Part shown: positions 17,329 to 26,176 of the stretch, in pieces
How the letters are laid out: every line of letters begins with the position of its first letter
How positions within the stretch are numbered: position 1 is the first letter of the stretch
NCBI GenBank assembly: GCA_963667175.2
Contig: CAXXXF010000006.1
Location: forward strand, 96,001-160,000
Direction of reading: 5' to 3'
DNA from: Candidatus Latescibacterota bacterium
GTDB taxonomy: Bacteria; Latescibacterota; UBA2968; GCA-2709665
Length of the DNA stretch: 64,000 bases
Program-made: the position numbers and the translations under genes
Notes under the pieces: generated by a model
What the model saw: the letters and a program-made list of their open reading frames with translations, nothing else
Told to the model about the DNA's origin: nothing
Databases searched by the model: none

Positions 17329-18876
17329 ATGGCCAACCGGAGGTTCGAGATGTATCAGTGTCGCCAGGTATTGACGCGTATGCGGTTGGGCGATTCGGAT
17401 CGTGCGATCGCCCGTTCAGGATTGCTGGGTCGGCGGAAGGCCGGCGCGCTTCGTGAAGTGGCTGGCCGTGAGGGATGGCTGGAGCCTTCCAGTGTGTTGT
17501 CCGATGATGCCACGCTGGTGCAGGTGGTTCAGGTTCCAACCTCGCGGCCTCAGTCGGCCTCGTCGGTTTTACCCTACCAGGACAAGGTGACAGCTTGGTG
17601 GCGTGAGGGTATCCGGGGTACCGTCATCCACCAGGCGTTGGTGGACACCTACGGCTATGCCGGCTCGTATTCTTCCATCCGTCGATTTCTCCAGCAACTC
17701 AAAGACGCTCATCCCGACGTCACCACCGTGTTGGACTTCGATCCGGGCGACGTGGCGCAGGTGGACTTCGGGCGGGGTCCCACGATAGAGGACGTCTTCA
17801 CCCACCAGACCATCGCGACGTGGATCTTCGTGATGGTACTGGCCTGGTCTCGCCACCAGTGTGCCGAGATTGTGCCGGACCAGAAGGTCGAGACGTGGCT
17901 TTCCTGCCACAGAAGCGCCTTCGAGTTCTTCGGCGGAGTCCCGGCACGCGTGGTGATCGACAACCCCAAAAACGCCATCACCAGAGCCTGCTACCACGAT
18001 CCGGAGGTGCAGCGCGCCTACGGCGAGTGCGCCGAAGGCTATGGCTTCACCATCTCCCCGTGCCCCGTGCGAGACCCGAAGAAGAAGGGGCGCGTGGAGG
18101 CGGCCGTGAAGGTTGTCAAGCGCAGCTTTGTTCCCCTGCGCCAGTTCCGTGACATCAGAGATGCCAACCGGCAGTTGCAGGACTGGATCCCGGGGGTGGC
18201 CGGTAACCGCATTCACGGCACCACCCACGAACGACCCCTGACACGCTTTGCACAGACCGAGCGCGAGTTCCTCAAGCCGTTACCCGCCATTCCACCTGAG
18301 CAGGCGGCCTGGGCGAAGGTGAAGGTTCACGGCGACTGCCACGTCCAGTTCGAGAAGTGTCGATCTTCCGTGCCCTATGCCCTGGTGCGCCAACAGCTCT
18401 GGTTGCGGGCCAGCCCAAAAACCGTGAGGATCTACCAGAACCACAACATGGTAGCCGTTCATCCCCGTAAAAACACACCTGGTGCACGCGCGACCGTTAC
18501 CGAACATCTGCCGCCAGAGGCGCGCGCTTTCCTGATGCGCGATCCACAATGGTGCCTCAAACAGGCACAGAGTATCGGTCCTTCCTGCCACCGCCTCATC
18601 AAGACCCTCTTCTCCGATCGCGTGCTGGACAACCTCCGCGCGGCGCAGGGTATCATCCGACTTTCCGAACGCTACGGCGCAAGGCGCCTTGAGGCCGCCT
18701 GCGACCGCGCCCTGGCCTATGACAACCCCCGCTACCGGAGTGTGAAGAGCATCCTCGAAAAAGGTCTGGACCAACATAAGCATCCAGACGAGACGTCCAC
18801 AGACCCGCACACCCTCGCGTCAGCCTATACGGGAGGGGGACGTTTCAGCCGCGATGCCACAACCCTCTTCAGCTAA
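17329..18876 (+). CDS. istA: IS21 transposase IstA
   Basis: PGDVAQVDFG, FFGGVP..VVIDN, KKKGRVE. Confidence 0.92.
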   Translation: MANRRFEMYQCRQVLTRMRLGDSDRAIARSGLLGRRKAGALREVAGREGWLEPSSVLSDDATLVQVVQVPTSRPQSASSVLPYQDKVTAWWREGIRGTVIHQALVDTYGYAGSYSSIRRFLQQLKDAHPDVTTVLDFDPGDVAQVDFGRGPTIEDVFTHQTIATWIFVMVLAWSRHQCAEIVPDQKVETWLSCHRSAFEFFGGVPARVVIDNPKNAITRACYHDPEVQRAYGECAEGYGFTISPCPVRDPKKKGRVEAAVKVVKRSFVPLRQFRDIRDANRQLQDWIPGVAGNRIHGTTHERPLTRFAQTEREFLKPLPAIPPEQAAWAKVKVHGDCHVQFEKCRSSVPYALVRQQLWLRASPKTVRIYQNHNMVAVHPRKNTPGARATVTEHLPPEARAFLMRDPQWCLKQAQSIGPSCHRLIKTLFSDRVLDNLRAAQGIIRLSERYGARRLEAACDRALAYDNPRYRSVKSILEKGLDQHKHPDETSTDPHTLASAYTGGGRFSRDATTLFS

Positions 18877-18895
18877 AAAACGGGAGAACAACAAA

Positions 18896-19597
18896 ATGAA
18901 CCCCATGCCTGAACTTGCCCCCATGCTCAAGAGACTGCGCCTGTCCGGCATCCTCGAGACACTGCCTGCCAGAAACCAGGAAGCCATCGACAACAAACTC
19001 GCTTACAGCGAGTTCCTCGCCCTGCTTGTCCAGGACGAGGTCGCACGCAGAGAACACAAAAAGTTCAACCTGCGCCTGCGACGCGCGGGCTTCCGCGGCG
19101 AGAAAACCCTCGAGGGCTTCGACTTCAACCCGTCGATCAATCAGGCCTCCATCAAGGACCTGGCCACCTGTGCCTTCATCAAGGAAAAGGTCGCGGTACT
19201 GATTGCAGGACCTTGCGGCACGGGCAAAAGCCACATCGCACAAGCCCTGGGACACCTCGCCGTCAGAGCCGGCTACGACACCCTGTTCACCACACAAACC
19301 AAGCTGTTGGGACAACTCCACGCAGCCCGCGCCACAGATACCTTCCAGCGGCGCTTCCACAATGTTGTCAATACCCCGCTGCTCATCATCGATGACTTCG
19401 GCCTCAAACCCTTAACGCCGCCATACGACGAGGACTTCCACGACCTCATCTCTGAACGCTATGAACGCGCCGCCACCCTCGACCGTCTCAGACACGGCGC
19501 CTATCGCGTCATCCTCGACGGCGAAAGCTTCCGCGCACCTAAACCCTTACCACAATCACCAAAAAAACACCTTGGAAAGGAGGCCCAAGAACACTAA
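18896..19597 (+). CDS. istB: IS21 helper ATPase IstB, with apparent internal deletion
   Basis: GPCGTGKSH Walker A, LLIIDDFG Walker B; lacks the TSN..W segment between YER and LDRL. Confidence 0.85.
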   Translation: MNPMPELAPMLKRLRLSGILETLPARNQEAIDNKLAYSEFLALLVQDEVARREHKKFNLRLRRAGFRGEKTLEGFDFNPSINQASIKDLATCAFIKEKVAVLIAGPCGTGKSHIAQALGHLAVRAGYDTLFTTQTKLLGQLHAARATDTFQRRFHNVVNTPLLIIDDFGLKPLTPPYDEDFHDLISERYERAATLDRLRHGAYRVILDGESFRAPKPLPQSPKKHLGKEAQEH

Positions 19598-19772
19598 TTA
19601 TATGCCCCTTCCGAAACCCTAAAATCGACACTTCCAGGTGGCTCCATTATGCCGATCATGGGTGGCCCCATTAGGGCGATCCGTGACAGACGGTACGACG
19701 CTGGAACGCCGCACAGAGTGTTTCCTGGCCTCTGAGAGGCGCAGAAACAAGAACCAGCGCTGGGGGGGGGAT

Positions 19773-19853
19773 CGGTCAGGTCTTCATACCGGAGGTGTCT
19801 GCCGTCCATATTCGCGGCTGTATGGCCCATCTGGTCGATGGTATCCAGATGCC
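19773..19853 (-). pseudogene. C-terminal relic of an IS1595-family transposase
   Basis: HLDTIDQMGHTAANMDGRHLRYEDLT resembles the C-terminus of the transposase at 24438 (FNTLAQMEWIARAMAGKRLKYKELT). Confidence 0.55.
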
Positions 19854-19932
19854 CCGTAGCGTAAATGGATGTGATATATGAAGTGGGGTTCTGCGCTCCT
19901 GTGCGAAGCAACACGGATCAACACAACTACAT

Positions 19933-20796
19933 TCAGTCAGTAATGAGCGCAAACTCGCCTGACTCCAAGTAATCTTCGATCTCCTTATCGAAAGGGCAGA
20001 TTGATGTTGTATGTATATGGAGACCGGGAGTACCGTCGCGTATATACTTCTGCGAATAGAGCTCAATACCGCCGATGAAGTAACCTACCCGAATCTTCTT
20101 CTCCTTTGTATCGAGGAAATAGTCTCGCACTCCCTTCTGGAAAAACCTGTGATTTTCGGTCCGGCCATATTGGATTGGACCGCCGACACTACTATAGCAC
20201 TCGTCCAAGCATATCGACTTCAGAGCTCTCAAGACGTTTTTACTTGTGGGGGATTGCTGGCCAAGCTCATTGGTTGCAGCTTCCGTAGCCTCTCGATCAC
20301 CAAAGAAGGACACCTCAATGTCCTGAAGCTCCTGCTTAATTTCCACTTCAAGGTGATTGCGGATAGGTTTGAGCGACATTAAGAAGCACTGCTGCTCGCG
20401 TTTCTGTGGGCACTTGCCAACTAGGATTACTTGGCCCGTGCCGTGGGAAGCCATCACCCTGCAAACTTCACCTCCGACATTCTTGAGTATGTAAGCTACA
20501 ACCTTTACTACTTCTTCAAGAGATGGATCCATATAACCCGGCGCGAACTGTAGATTGCCGAGCAGAGTCATTAGATGATCCTTTACCGAGACGGTCGATA
20601 CGAAACTCCCAACCAAGCCAACGCCTATGCTTCCATCGTGGAAGGGTTTGTTTGAGGGCTTAGGTGGGAAGATACGTAGCGGTAGAGGGTGGACCTTGAG
20701 GCCAGTATCTGCACTTCCCTGTTGGGGGAAAGAAATGCGTGAGTCCGATGCGAGATGAAGGGAATCGCCATTTCGCCAAGCCGCGACCAAGGTCAT
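19933..20796 (-). CDS. Hypothetical protein, Ntn-hydrolase/proteasome-beta-like
   Basis: M-T start, ASDSR, K at ~33, SVGGPIQ; AAGGAG RBS; low GC. Confidence 0.55.
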   Translation of the reverse strand: MTLVAAWRNGDSLHLASDSRISFPQQGSADTGLKVHPLPLRIFPPKPSNKPFHDGSIGVGLVGSFVSTVSVKDHLMTLLGNLQFAPGYMDPSLEEVVKVVAYILKNVGGEVCRVMASHGTGQVILVGKCPQKREQQCFLMSLKPIRNHLEVEIKQELQDIEVSFFGDREATEAATNELGQQSPTSKNVLRALKSICLDECYSSVGGPIQYGRTENHRFFQKGVRDYFLDTKEKKIRVGYFIGGIELYSQKYIRDGTPGLHIHTTSICPFDKEIEDYLESGEFALITD

Positions 20797-20819
20797 TCCA
20801 TTGTCTCCTTTCTCATTTC

Positions 20820-20907
20820 ATATATCGTTCAAGAGTCCCCGAACCTGCGCAGCAGGTTTGTCTGGAGCGAAGCGGAGGCGGGGACTCGGTGCCATGTGCT
20901 GTCACGA
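20820..20907 (-). other. Degenerate attC-like site
   Basis: Stem GAGTCCCCG/CGGGGACTC with an internal hairpin, between two co-oriented genes; both core sites are mutated. Confidence 0.45.
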
Positions 20908-20937
20908 ACCAAACGGTCGCAACCGCAGGAACTTTCC

Positions 20938-21648
20938 TCACGTCGTAGCGGCCCCGGGATCGAACGTCTCTCGCTCCCCATCCGAAAAGGCGTTCACGTG
21001 CCAACCGTAGACCACGTATTGGTACGATGGGATCTCCCTCGGAAAGGGGAGCGCCCGGGTGACGGAAAACGCCCGTGGGACAGGTATTCCATGAAACGGT
21101 TTCAGCGCCCTCTCGATGAACCTACCGCGGAACTTCGGGGCCGGATCAAGTCGTAGAACCCGCTGGTTGTTGTGGTCGTGTGGCAGGAGGTCACGACTTC
21201 GTTCATGATCGGGATGTGGCTGAAACTCCCTCCGGGCGAAAAGCTGATTGAATTGCCGCCGAGTGCCCGCTACGATCAGGCTTGAGGCAACCCCAGTGGC
21301 TGCCAACATCTCGAGCCGAACCAGATCGCGGAGGATTCCTATCCCCGCCTTGGCTGACTTACTGAGCCACTTCGTCTCCAGCGCGATATGAACCGCGCCT
21401 TCTGGCTCTACGACCACGAAGTCGATCCTCGGCGAATCGCCTCGCCCGGTCCGAAGCGGGGCGAGTACCGGGTGAGGGTACTCGGTTCTCGTTCGGTCTC
21501 CATAGCGAGCGAGCAGGAATTGACCTACAGCTGCGGTAAGGTACCGCTCCGAAAACAACGACTGACGCATGCACTTGTCCTCGAAAAACAGCCACGCTCC
21601 AACAGCCTCAACGAGTGATCTCAACCGATACGCAACAAACTCAGTCAT
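20938..21648 (-). CDS. Hypothetical protein, PD-(D/E)XK nuclease-like
   Basis: SE..L, EYPHP, RIDFVV...ALETKW, DLVRL pattern. Confidence 0.55.
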   Translation of the reverse strand: MTEFVAYRLRSLVEAVGAWLFFEDKCMRQSLFSERYLTAAVGQFLLARYGDRTRTEYPHPVLAPLRTGRGDSPRIDFVVVEPEGAVHIALETKWLSKSAKAGIGILRDLVRLEMLAATGVASSLIVAGTRRQFNQLFARREFQPHPDHERSRDLLPHDHNNQRVLRLDPAPKFRGRFIERALKPFHGIPVPRAFSVTRALPFPREIPSYQYVVYGWHVNAFSDGERETFDPGAATT

Positions 21649-21711
21649 GCGAGGACATCATCTCCTCCTGACACCTTCTGAACAGCCTGACGCCACTCAC
21701 CGTAATGCCGC

Positions 21712-21789
21712 CTAACTACGGGATTACCGAATAGTTACGGTAATACGTACCTGATCCGAAGATCTGCGAACGTTCGGGAACATTCCACG
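21712..21789 (-). repeat. 78-bp attI-like repeat, copy B
   Basis: Ends in CGGTAATCCCGTA-GTTAGGC on the minus strand, upstream of the first array gene. Confidence 0.7.
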
Positions 21790-22169
21790 CTGGAGCTTGT
21801 TGCCCCGAACATGTTCAGGAATGCTTCCTATGGTGGCATCGTCTCCAACGACATCCTGCCCACCTTTGATTCATTATTGAATCAAGCGGTCTTGGATTCC
21901 TAAGGGGATTATAACCCAAGATCACATTGGCTTCCCGCATCCCTGAAAAGCCATCGTATCACACCTGTCCAAAATCGGTTTCAGTCTTGGACAGCATCTG
22001 GTTCACTTCCGCGAAGCAATCCCTCGACCAAGATTGCCTGAGATTCACAAAGTGCTTATTTCACGGGCTTATTGAGACGGAAACAGCACAATTATGGCCG
22101 CTGGAAACGTCACCTTGTTCTTGGACAGCATTGCGCAGACGATGGCAAACCTGGTTTTCATTATCCGGG

Positions 22170-22802
22170 TCAAACCCGTCCAAAATCGCCTATTGTAGCC
22201 ATTTTTCGAACCTTATCTCTGGGAATCCGACGGTTCTTGGACAGCAGTGCCATCGTATGATAGACCTGCGTAATGCTTCCATTCCTTGTCAAATAATCTA
22301 CCGCGATCCCTTTTGATGGATATGTCCTCGACTGGATACATTTGCCCCTTATTTCATACTTCCCTGGCAAACGTAAAGTATCAATATCAAATTTAGCATT
22401 CTTAATGACACAGGTACCCAGATACCACGTGGAAATATGCGTGTTTATCATCCGCTCGTTCAGCATACGAGATACTTCCGGGCCTAACCCCTCAAGCTCC
22501 TCCCGCATGCAATTCGGATTCTCAAACGTAATTACCCGAAGTTCCTGTCCATCCAAGTCCGTCAGTTTTTCCGTAAGGAAATGTGGCTTGTGTCCAAAAT
22601 ACTCCTGAGCATACCAACACTTTTCATCTATCCCATTGATGATAAATCCCCTCGACGGAAACCCGTTTGGGTCTTTGATCTGTGCCTGTGCTGTCCCCAA
22701 AACCGTAAGCACCCCAGAGAAGACCAACGCAAACATCAGACCCCTCCAATCGCAATTTTCAATTTCATCCGCTCCCCTGACGATTCTTCTTCGGATCAAC
22801 AA
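22170..22802 (-). CDS. Hypothetical exported protein (IS passenger); true start likely downstream
   Basis: Signal-peptide-like MFALVFSGVLTVLGTAQA; no family recognised. Confidence 0.5.
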   Translation of the reverse strand: MLIRRRIVRGADEIENCDWRGLMFALVFSGVLTVLGTAQAQIKDPNGFPSRGFIINGIDEKCWYAQEYFGHKPHFLTEKLTDLDGQELRVITFENPNCMREELEGLGPEVSRMLNERMINTHISTWYLGTCVIKNAKFDIDTLRLPGKYEIRGKCIQSRTYPSKGIAVDYLTRNGSITQVYHTMALLSKNRRIPRDKVRKMATIGDFGRV

Positions 22803-22953
22803 TCTTCAACTCCACGTCCATAACCACCGCCCGCAATAACTCCTCCGGCGTAGCATCAATACTCACGTCTTCTTCCATCTCTGCCTTCGTCGGTTGATAC
22901 CTGCTGTCCGCAACCTCCACAACCGGCTTCTTCCTTACAGTCTCAGAACCCAT
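22765..22953 (-). CDS. Small hypothetical protein (IS passenger)
   Basis: 62 aa with AGGAGG RBS; YQPTKAEMEEDVSIDATPEEL. Confidence 0.55.
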   Translation of the reverse strand: MGSETVRKKPVVEVADSRYQPTKAEMEEDVSIDATPEELLRAVVMDVELKIVDPKKNRQGSG

Positions 22954-23394
22954 TACACCCTCCTGTTCTTCCTGCGCTCGCTTCCTCTCAGAAACCGCTC
23001 TGTGCGCTCATCCAGATCCCCAGAAGCGTCTTTGCCACCCTTCCCCTTTCGCAAAAACCCCGCACAACTTCGTTCGCGTCCTCACCCGCCTCTACGCGCT
23101 CTATCAGTGCCATTGCCAAACCCATGATACACCCCCGTTGAAAATCATCCAGAAATTTCTTGCATCCTGTCAAGCCTAAACTTATAATGCAGCGCCAGGA
23201 ACCGGAAGGCTGCCCACGCAAACCATCCTCCCCGCACATGTGTGCGGCACGGGGGTACCCCCGTAATGGGGCGGGGGTACACAAGGCCCACTTAGGGACT
23301 GATCACCCCTACCTTGTGAGTTTGCAAGATATTTCCGGTTCTTGGCTTTTTTATAACAACTTTCATGTGAGATTGTCCAAAAAGGAGGGGCCGT

Positions 23395-24003
23395 ATGTGT
23401 AAAATCGCCAGAATTACGCTCGCCTGCTTTCTACCCGGCCTACTTTTCGCCTGCTCAGGAAAAGTCACCGATCCAATGAAAATGGTTGAAATCGCAGCAA
23501 AACACGACGATCCTCATGCCCACCTTGCCGAACTCTACCGCGAAGCCGTCCTGCCAGAATTTAACGAGACAAGCAAAGGTCTAGCATGGATATATGTTGA
23601 ATACCTTACACAAGCGGCACTCAAAAACAACAGGTTTGGCTTCCTGCCCCATACTATTGAATTTCCTATCCTCGATAACGAAACAGTTACAACTGAAGGA
23701 AGCGCAATAGAAACAGCCACAGGCAAACCCTGTCGAGAATATTACGTCCGCGGACACTGCTATGTCAAAAACAGCTACGGAACAAAAGTCCGGCTCAACA
23801 TTGCCGTGCGAATGTATTCGTCCAGCGACAAAAAATGGCATCCTTATCAGGTTATTATCAAAGACCCATCAAAGCCTAAGATGTTTGACAAAATCGTTGA
23901 AATGGACGAAGGACCCTGGCGCGGATTCGAACTCCTGGCCCCCCCGGATTCCCTATATACCCAACTGGATGCCATGCTGAATGCAAACAAGAAACTGAAC
24001 TGA
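23395..24003 (+). CDS. Hypothetical lipoprotein (IS passenger)
   Basis: AAGGAGG RBS; lipobox LFAC. Confidence 0.65.
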   Translation: MCKIARITLACFLPGLLFACSGKVTDPMKMVEIAAKHDDPHAHLAELYREAVLPEFNETSKGLAWIYVEYLTQAALKNNRFGFLPHTIEFPILDNETVTTEGSAIETATGKPCREYYVRGHCYVKNSYGTKVRLNIAVRMYSSSDKKWHPYQVIIKDPSKPKMFDKIVEMDEGPWRGFELLAPPDSLYTQLDAMLNANKKLN

Positions 24004-24032
24004 CAACAAAAGACCGAAAGGAGAACAACGTC

Positions 24033-24326
24033 ATGACTCAGAACAATCAACACGAAAAACCGTCGCTTGATGCCAAATATGAACTTATGCACGCCAGATG
24101 CCTGGCAATAGAAACCATTCAAAATGCCATTTTAATAGATGTGCTTTCTGAGAAACCAGAACCATTGGAAGAATCGCGTAAATACTCCCAAACAGCAGGT
24201 AAAGCACTTAAAGAACTATTGGAAGGTCACGGCGGAACTCCATCCCCTGAACAGCACGAGGCTTGGAAAAGCGCCCTGAAGGTTCTTTCTGACCGTTTCC
24301 GTTTCGTTGATTCCAGGCTTCTATAA
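24033..24326 (+). CDS. Hypothetical protein (IS passenger)
   Basis: AAGGAG RBS; follows the lipoprotein gene; overlaps a convergent 77-aa ORF. Confidence 0.5.
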   Translation: MTQNNQHEKPSLDAKYELMHARCLAIETIQNAILIDVLSEKPEPLEESRKYSQTAGKALKELLEGHGGTPSPEQHEAWKSALKVLSDRFRFVDSRLL

Positions 24327-24437
24327 ATTCACGTTCATTCTTCTTAGATTGATCATAGGCGCGATAGAAATTATGAGGTGCCATTAATCCATCCACAGGA
24401 TCAAAGAGGATATCCAAAAAATCTCTCTTTTTCTTGT

Positions 24438-25393
24438 TCATGCCGTCAACTCCTTATATTTGAGCCGTTTGCCTGCCATGGCCCTCGCAATCCATTCCAT
24501 CTGGGCCAGTGTGTTAAATTCGCGGATGTTATGCCTGCCTGCGAATTCTGAAACTTACCGGCCCAGATGCTTTACGCTCATCTTGTGATACGTCCCTACG
24601 TACTCACGTTTCAACATGCTCCAAAAACTCTCGATTCCGTTGGTTGAACATTAGCCGTCAACATACTCACCGGCACTGTGCTTCACCTGCTCATGATGCA
24701 CCCCTGACAACCCCTTATACGCGGTAGGTTCATCGGTATACACCGTAGCGCCCGGTTCCACCCTGCTATACACAGACTGCTTCAGCGTCTTGCCGTCCGT
24801 TGACGCCGCTACCTGTGCATCAACCCGGTTCGTTTCCCGATCCTTCGCACCCACAACAGCCGCCTTGCCAACCGTACCGCGACCAGCCTTCAGCTTCTGT
24901 GATGCATGCCTTGTTTTTTTCTCGGCCTCCGAAAAACGATTCATCGACCTCCACGGGACCGGCAAAGAATTCGCCCCTCGGATTCAAACGCCTTGCGAAG
25001 ACGGTGCGCAAGATGCCAAGCTTTCTTCTGGGCAATGTCCAGATCACGATGCAGCTTCATGCTTGAAACACCCTTCAAGTTCGTTGCAAACAGGTAAATT
25101 GCAATGGCCCACGCCTGGTATCCCAACTTGGAACTCTGCATCACCGTTCCAACCTTTACAGAAAACATCGTCTTCTTCTCGCAGGCCCGACATCTGTGTG
25201 TCATCGTCTTGTGCTTGATATTCTCCTGGACGTTGTAAGAACGGCATACAGGACAATACGGGCCATCCGGCCACCTTGCCTTCTCAAACCACCACCGGGC
25301 CGTATCATCGTCCGGGAGCATCTTAAACAACTTTTTGAGCGAGGTGCCTTCTCTGTGATTCTTGCCCGGCCCTTCTGGTGTCTTCTGCTCCAT
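24438..25393 (-). pseudogene. IS1595-family transposase, frameshifted with internal stops
   Basis: Zn ribbon RWPDGPYCPVC..RCRAC, VEVDESFFGG, VYTDE, TNGIESFWSMLKR spread over several frames. Confidence 0.88.
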
Positions 25394-25507
25394 CTCAATC
25401 CTCGTTAAATTGTCCTTATCTACTTATAAGATAACAATTTAAAGCCGGAATGCCAAGAACAAAATGTGACTTGTTTGTAGAAAATCCACCCGGAAAGGAG
25501 ACACTCC

Positions 25508-25765
25508 ATGCTATATCTCATCAGCTACGACTTGAACAATCCAGAGAAAACGTACAATCGCCTCTACGACGAATTTGATCGACTCGACGCCCACCCTGTG
25601 CTCGACTCCCAGTGGATAGTCAATCTTTCTGGCACAAGCACTCGGAAAGTACTAACTCACTTCAAGAGATTTATCGACTCCGACGACATGCTCCTCGTCT
25701 TCGCAATCCCCTCCCCCGGCAGCCGCGCGGGCTTTAACCTTCCATTCAGGTGGAGCGATCTTTAG
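25508..25765 (+). CDS. Cas2/VapD-like ferredoxin-fold small protein (IS passenger)
   Basis: MLYLISYDL...SQW...DSDDMLLVF; AAGGAG RBS. Confidence 0.6.
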   Translation: MLYLISYDLNNPEKTYNRLYDEFDRLDAHPVLDSQWIVNLSGTSTRKVLTHFKRFIDSDDMLLVFAIPSPGSRAGFNLPFRWSDL

Positions 25766-26019
25766 GTTTTCAAGCAATTTCACCAACATCAACCGCTCTT
25801 CGTACGTCTCTGGATCAATTGCGATTTTTAAATTCTGCCAGTAAATTCTCATACCCTATAGCCCCCTTAAAAAGGGGGACCGTAGCCCTAAGCCAAATGT
25901 GACTCTGGGTTATAATCCCCATTCCTACGGTTAGACATCTACGCAAAATAAGTACATGATTGATCGCGGTGTTTGCTCACAGTGTAGCGACGCCCCCCCA
26001 CCGCATCAGCCGTCGCCGG

Positions 26020-26038
26020 CCCTTCGACAAGCTCAGGG
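26020..26038 (+). repeat. REP-like motif CCCTTCGACAAGCTCAGGG in a GC-rich palindromic intergenic stretch
   Basis: Short imperfect hairpin typical of extragenic palindromes. Confidence 0.45.
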
Positions 26039-26176
26039 GACGGACTCGGCTTCTGCGAATCTCCCTCGAGGGGGGAGTTATTAGACCGTTTAACGGGATC
26101 GCGCGTTTACGACCTCCATTTTGGTTTCGGCTGAGCACAGGGAAGCCGCGCCAGGAGAGTCGCTCTCAAACAGACT

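Larger units (their letters stand above)
17161..19688 (+). mobile_element. IS21-family insertion sequence
   Basis: Perfect 19-bp IRs TGTCACGGATCGCCCTAAT, subterminal repeats, istA-istB; no target duplication visible. Confidence 0.92.
21904..25920 (-). mobile_element. IS1595-family element carrying passenger genes
   Basis: IRs GGGGATTATAACCCAAGATCACATT and AATGTGACTCTGGGTTATAATCCCC; 8-bp flanks ATTCCTAA/ATTCCTAC (7/8). Confidence 0.85.

Noticed and set aside
21758-21816. LexA box from the GAAC/GTTC repeats
   Set aside because: The spacings (N0, N2, N6) match neither GAAC-N4-GTTC nor GAAC-N7-GAAC.
25508-25765. Cas2-like gene as evidence of a CRISPR-Cas locus
   Set aside because: No repeat-spacer array and no cas1 or other cas genes are visible in the window; the gene is an IS passenger.
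21790-26176. Integron integrase gene expected next to the attI-like site
   Set aside because: No ORF with tyrosine-recombinase RHR-Y motifs is present here or elsewhere in the ORF track.
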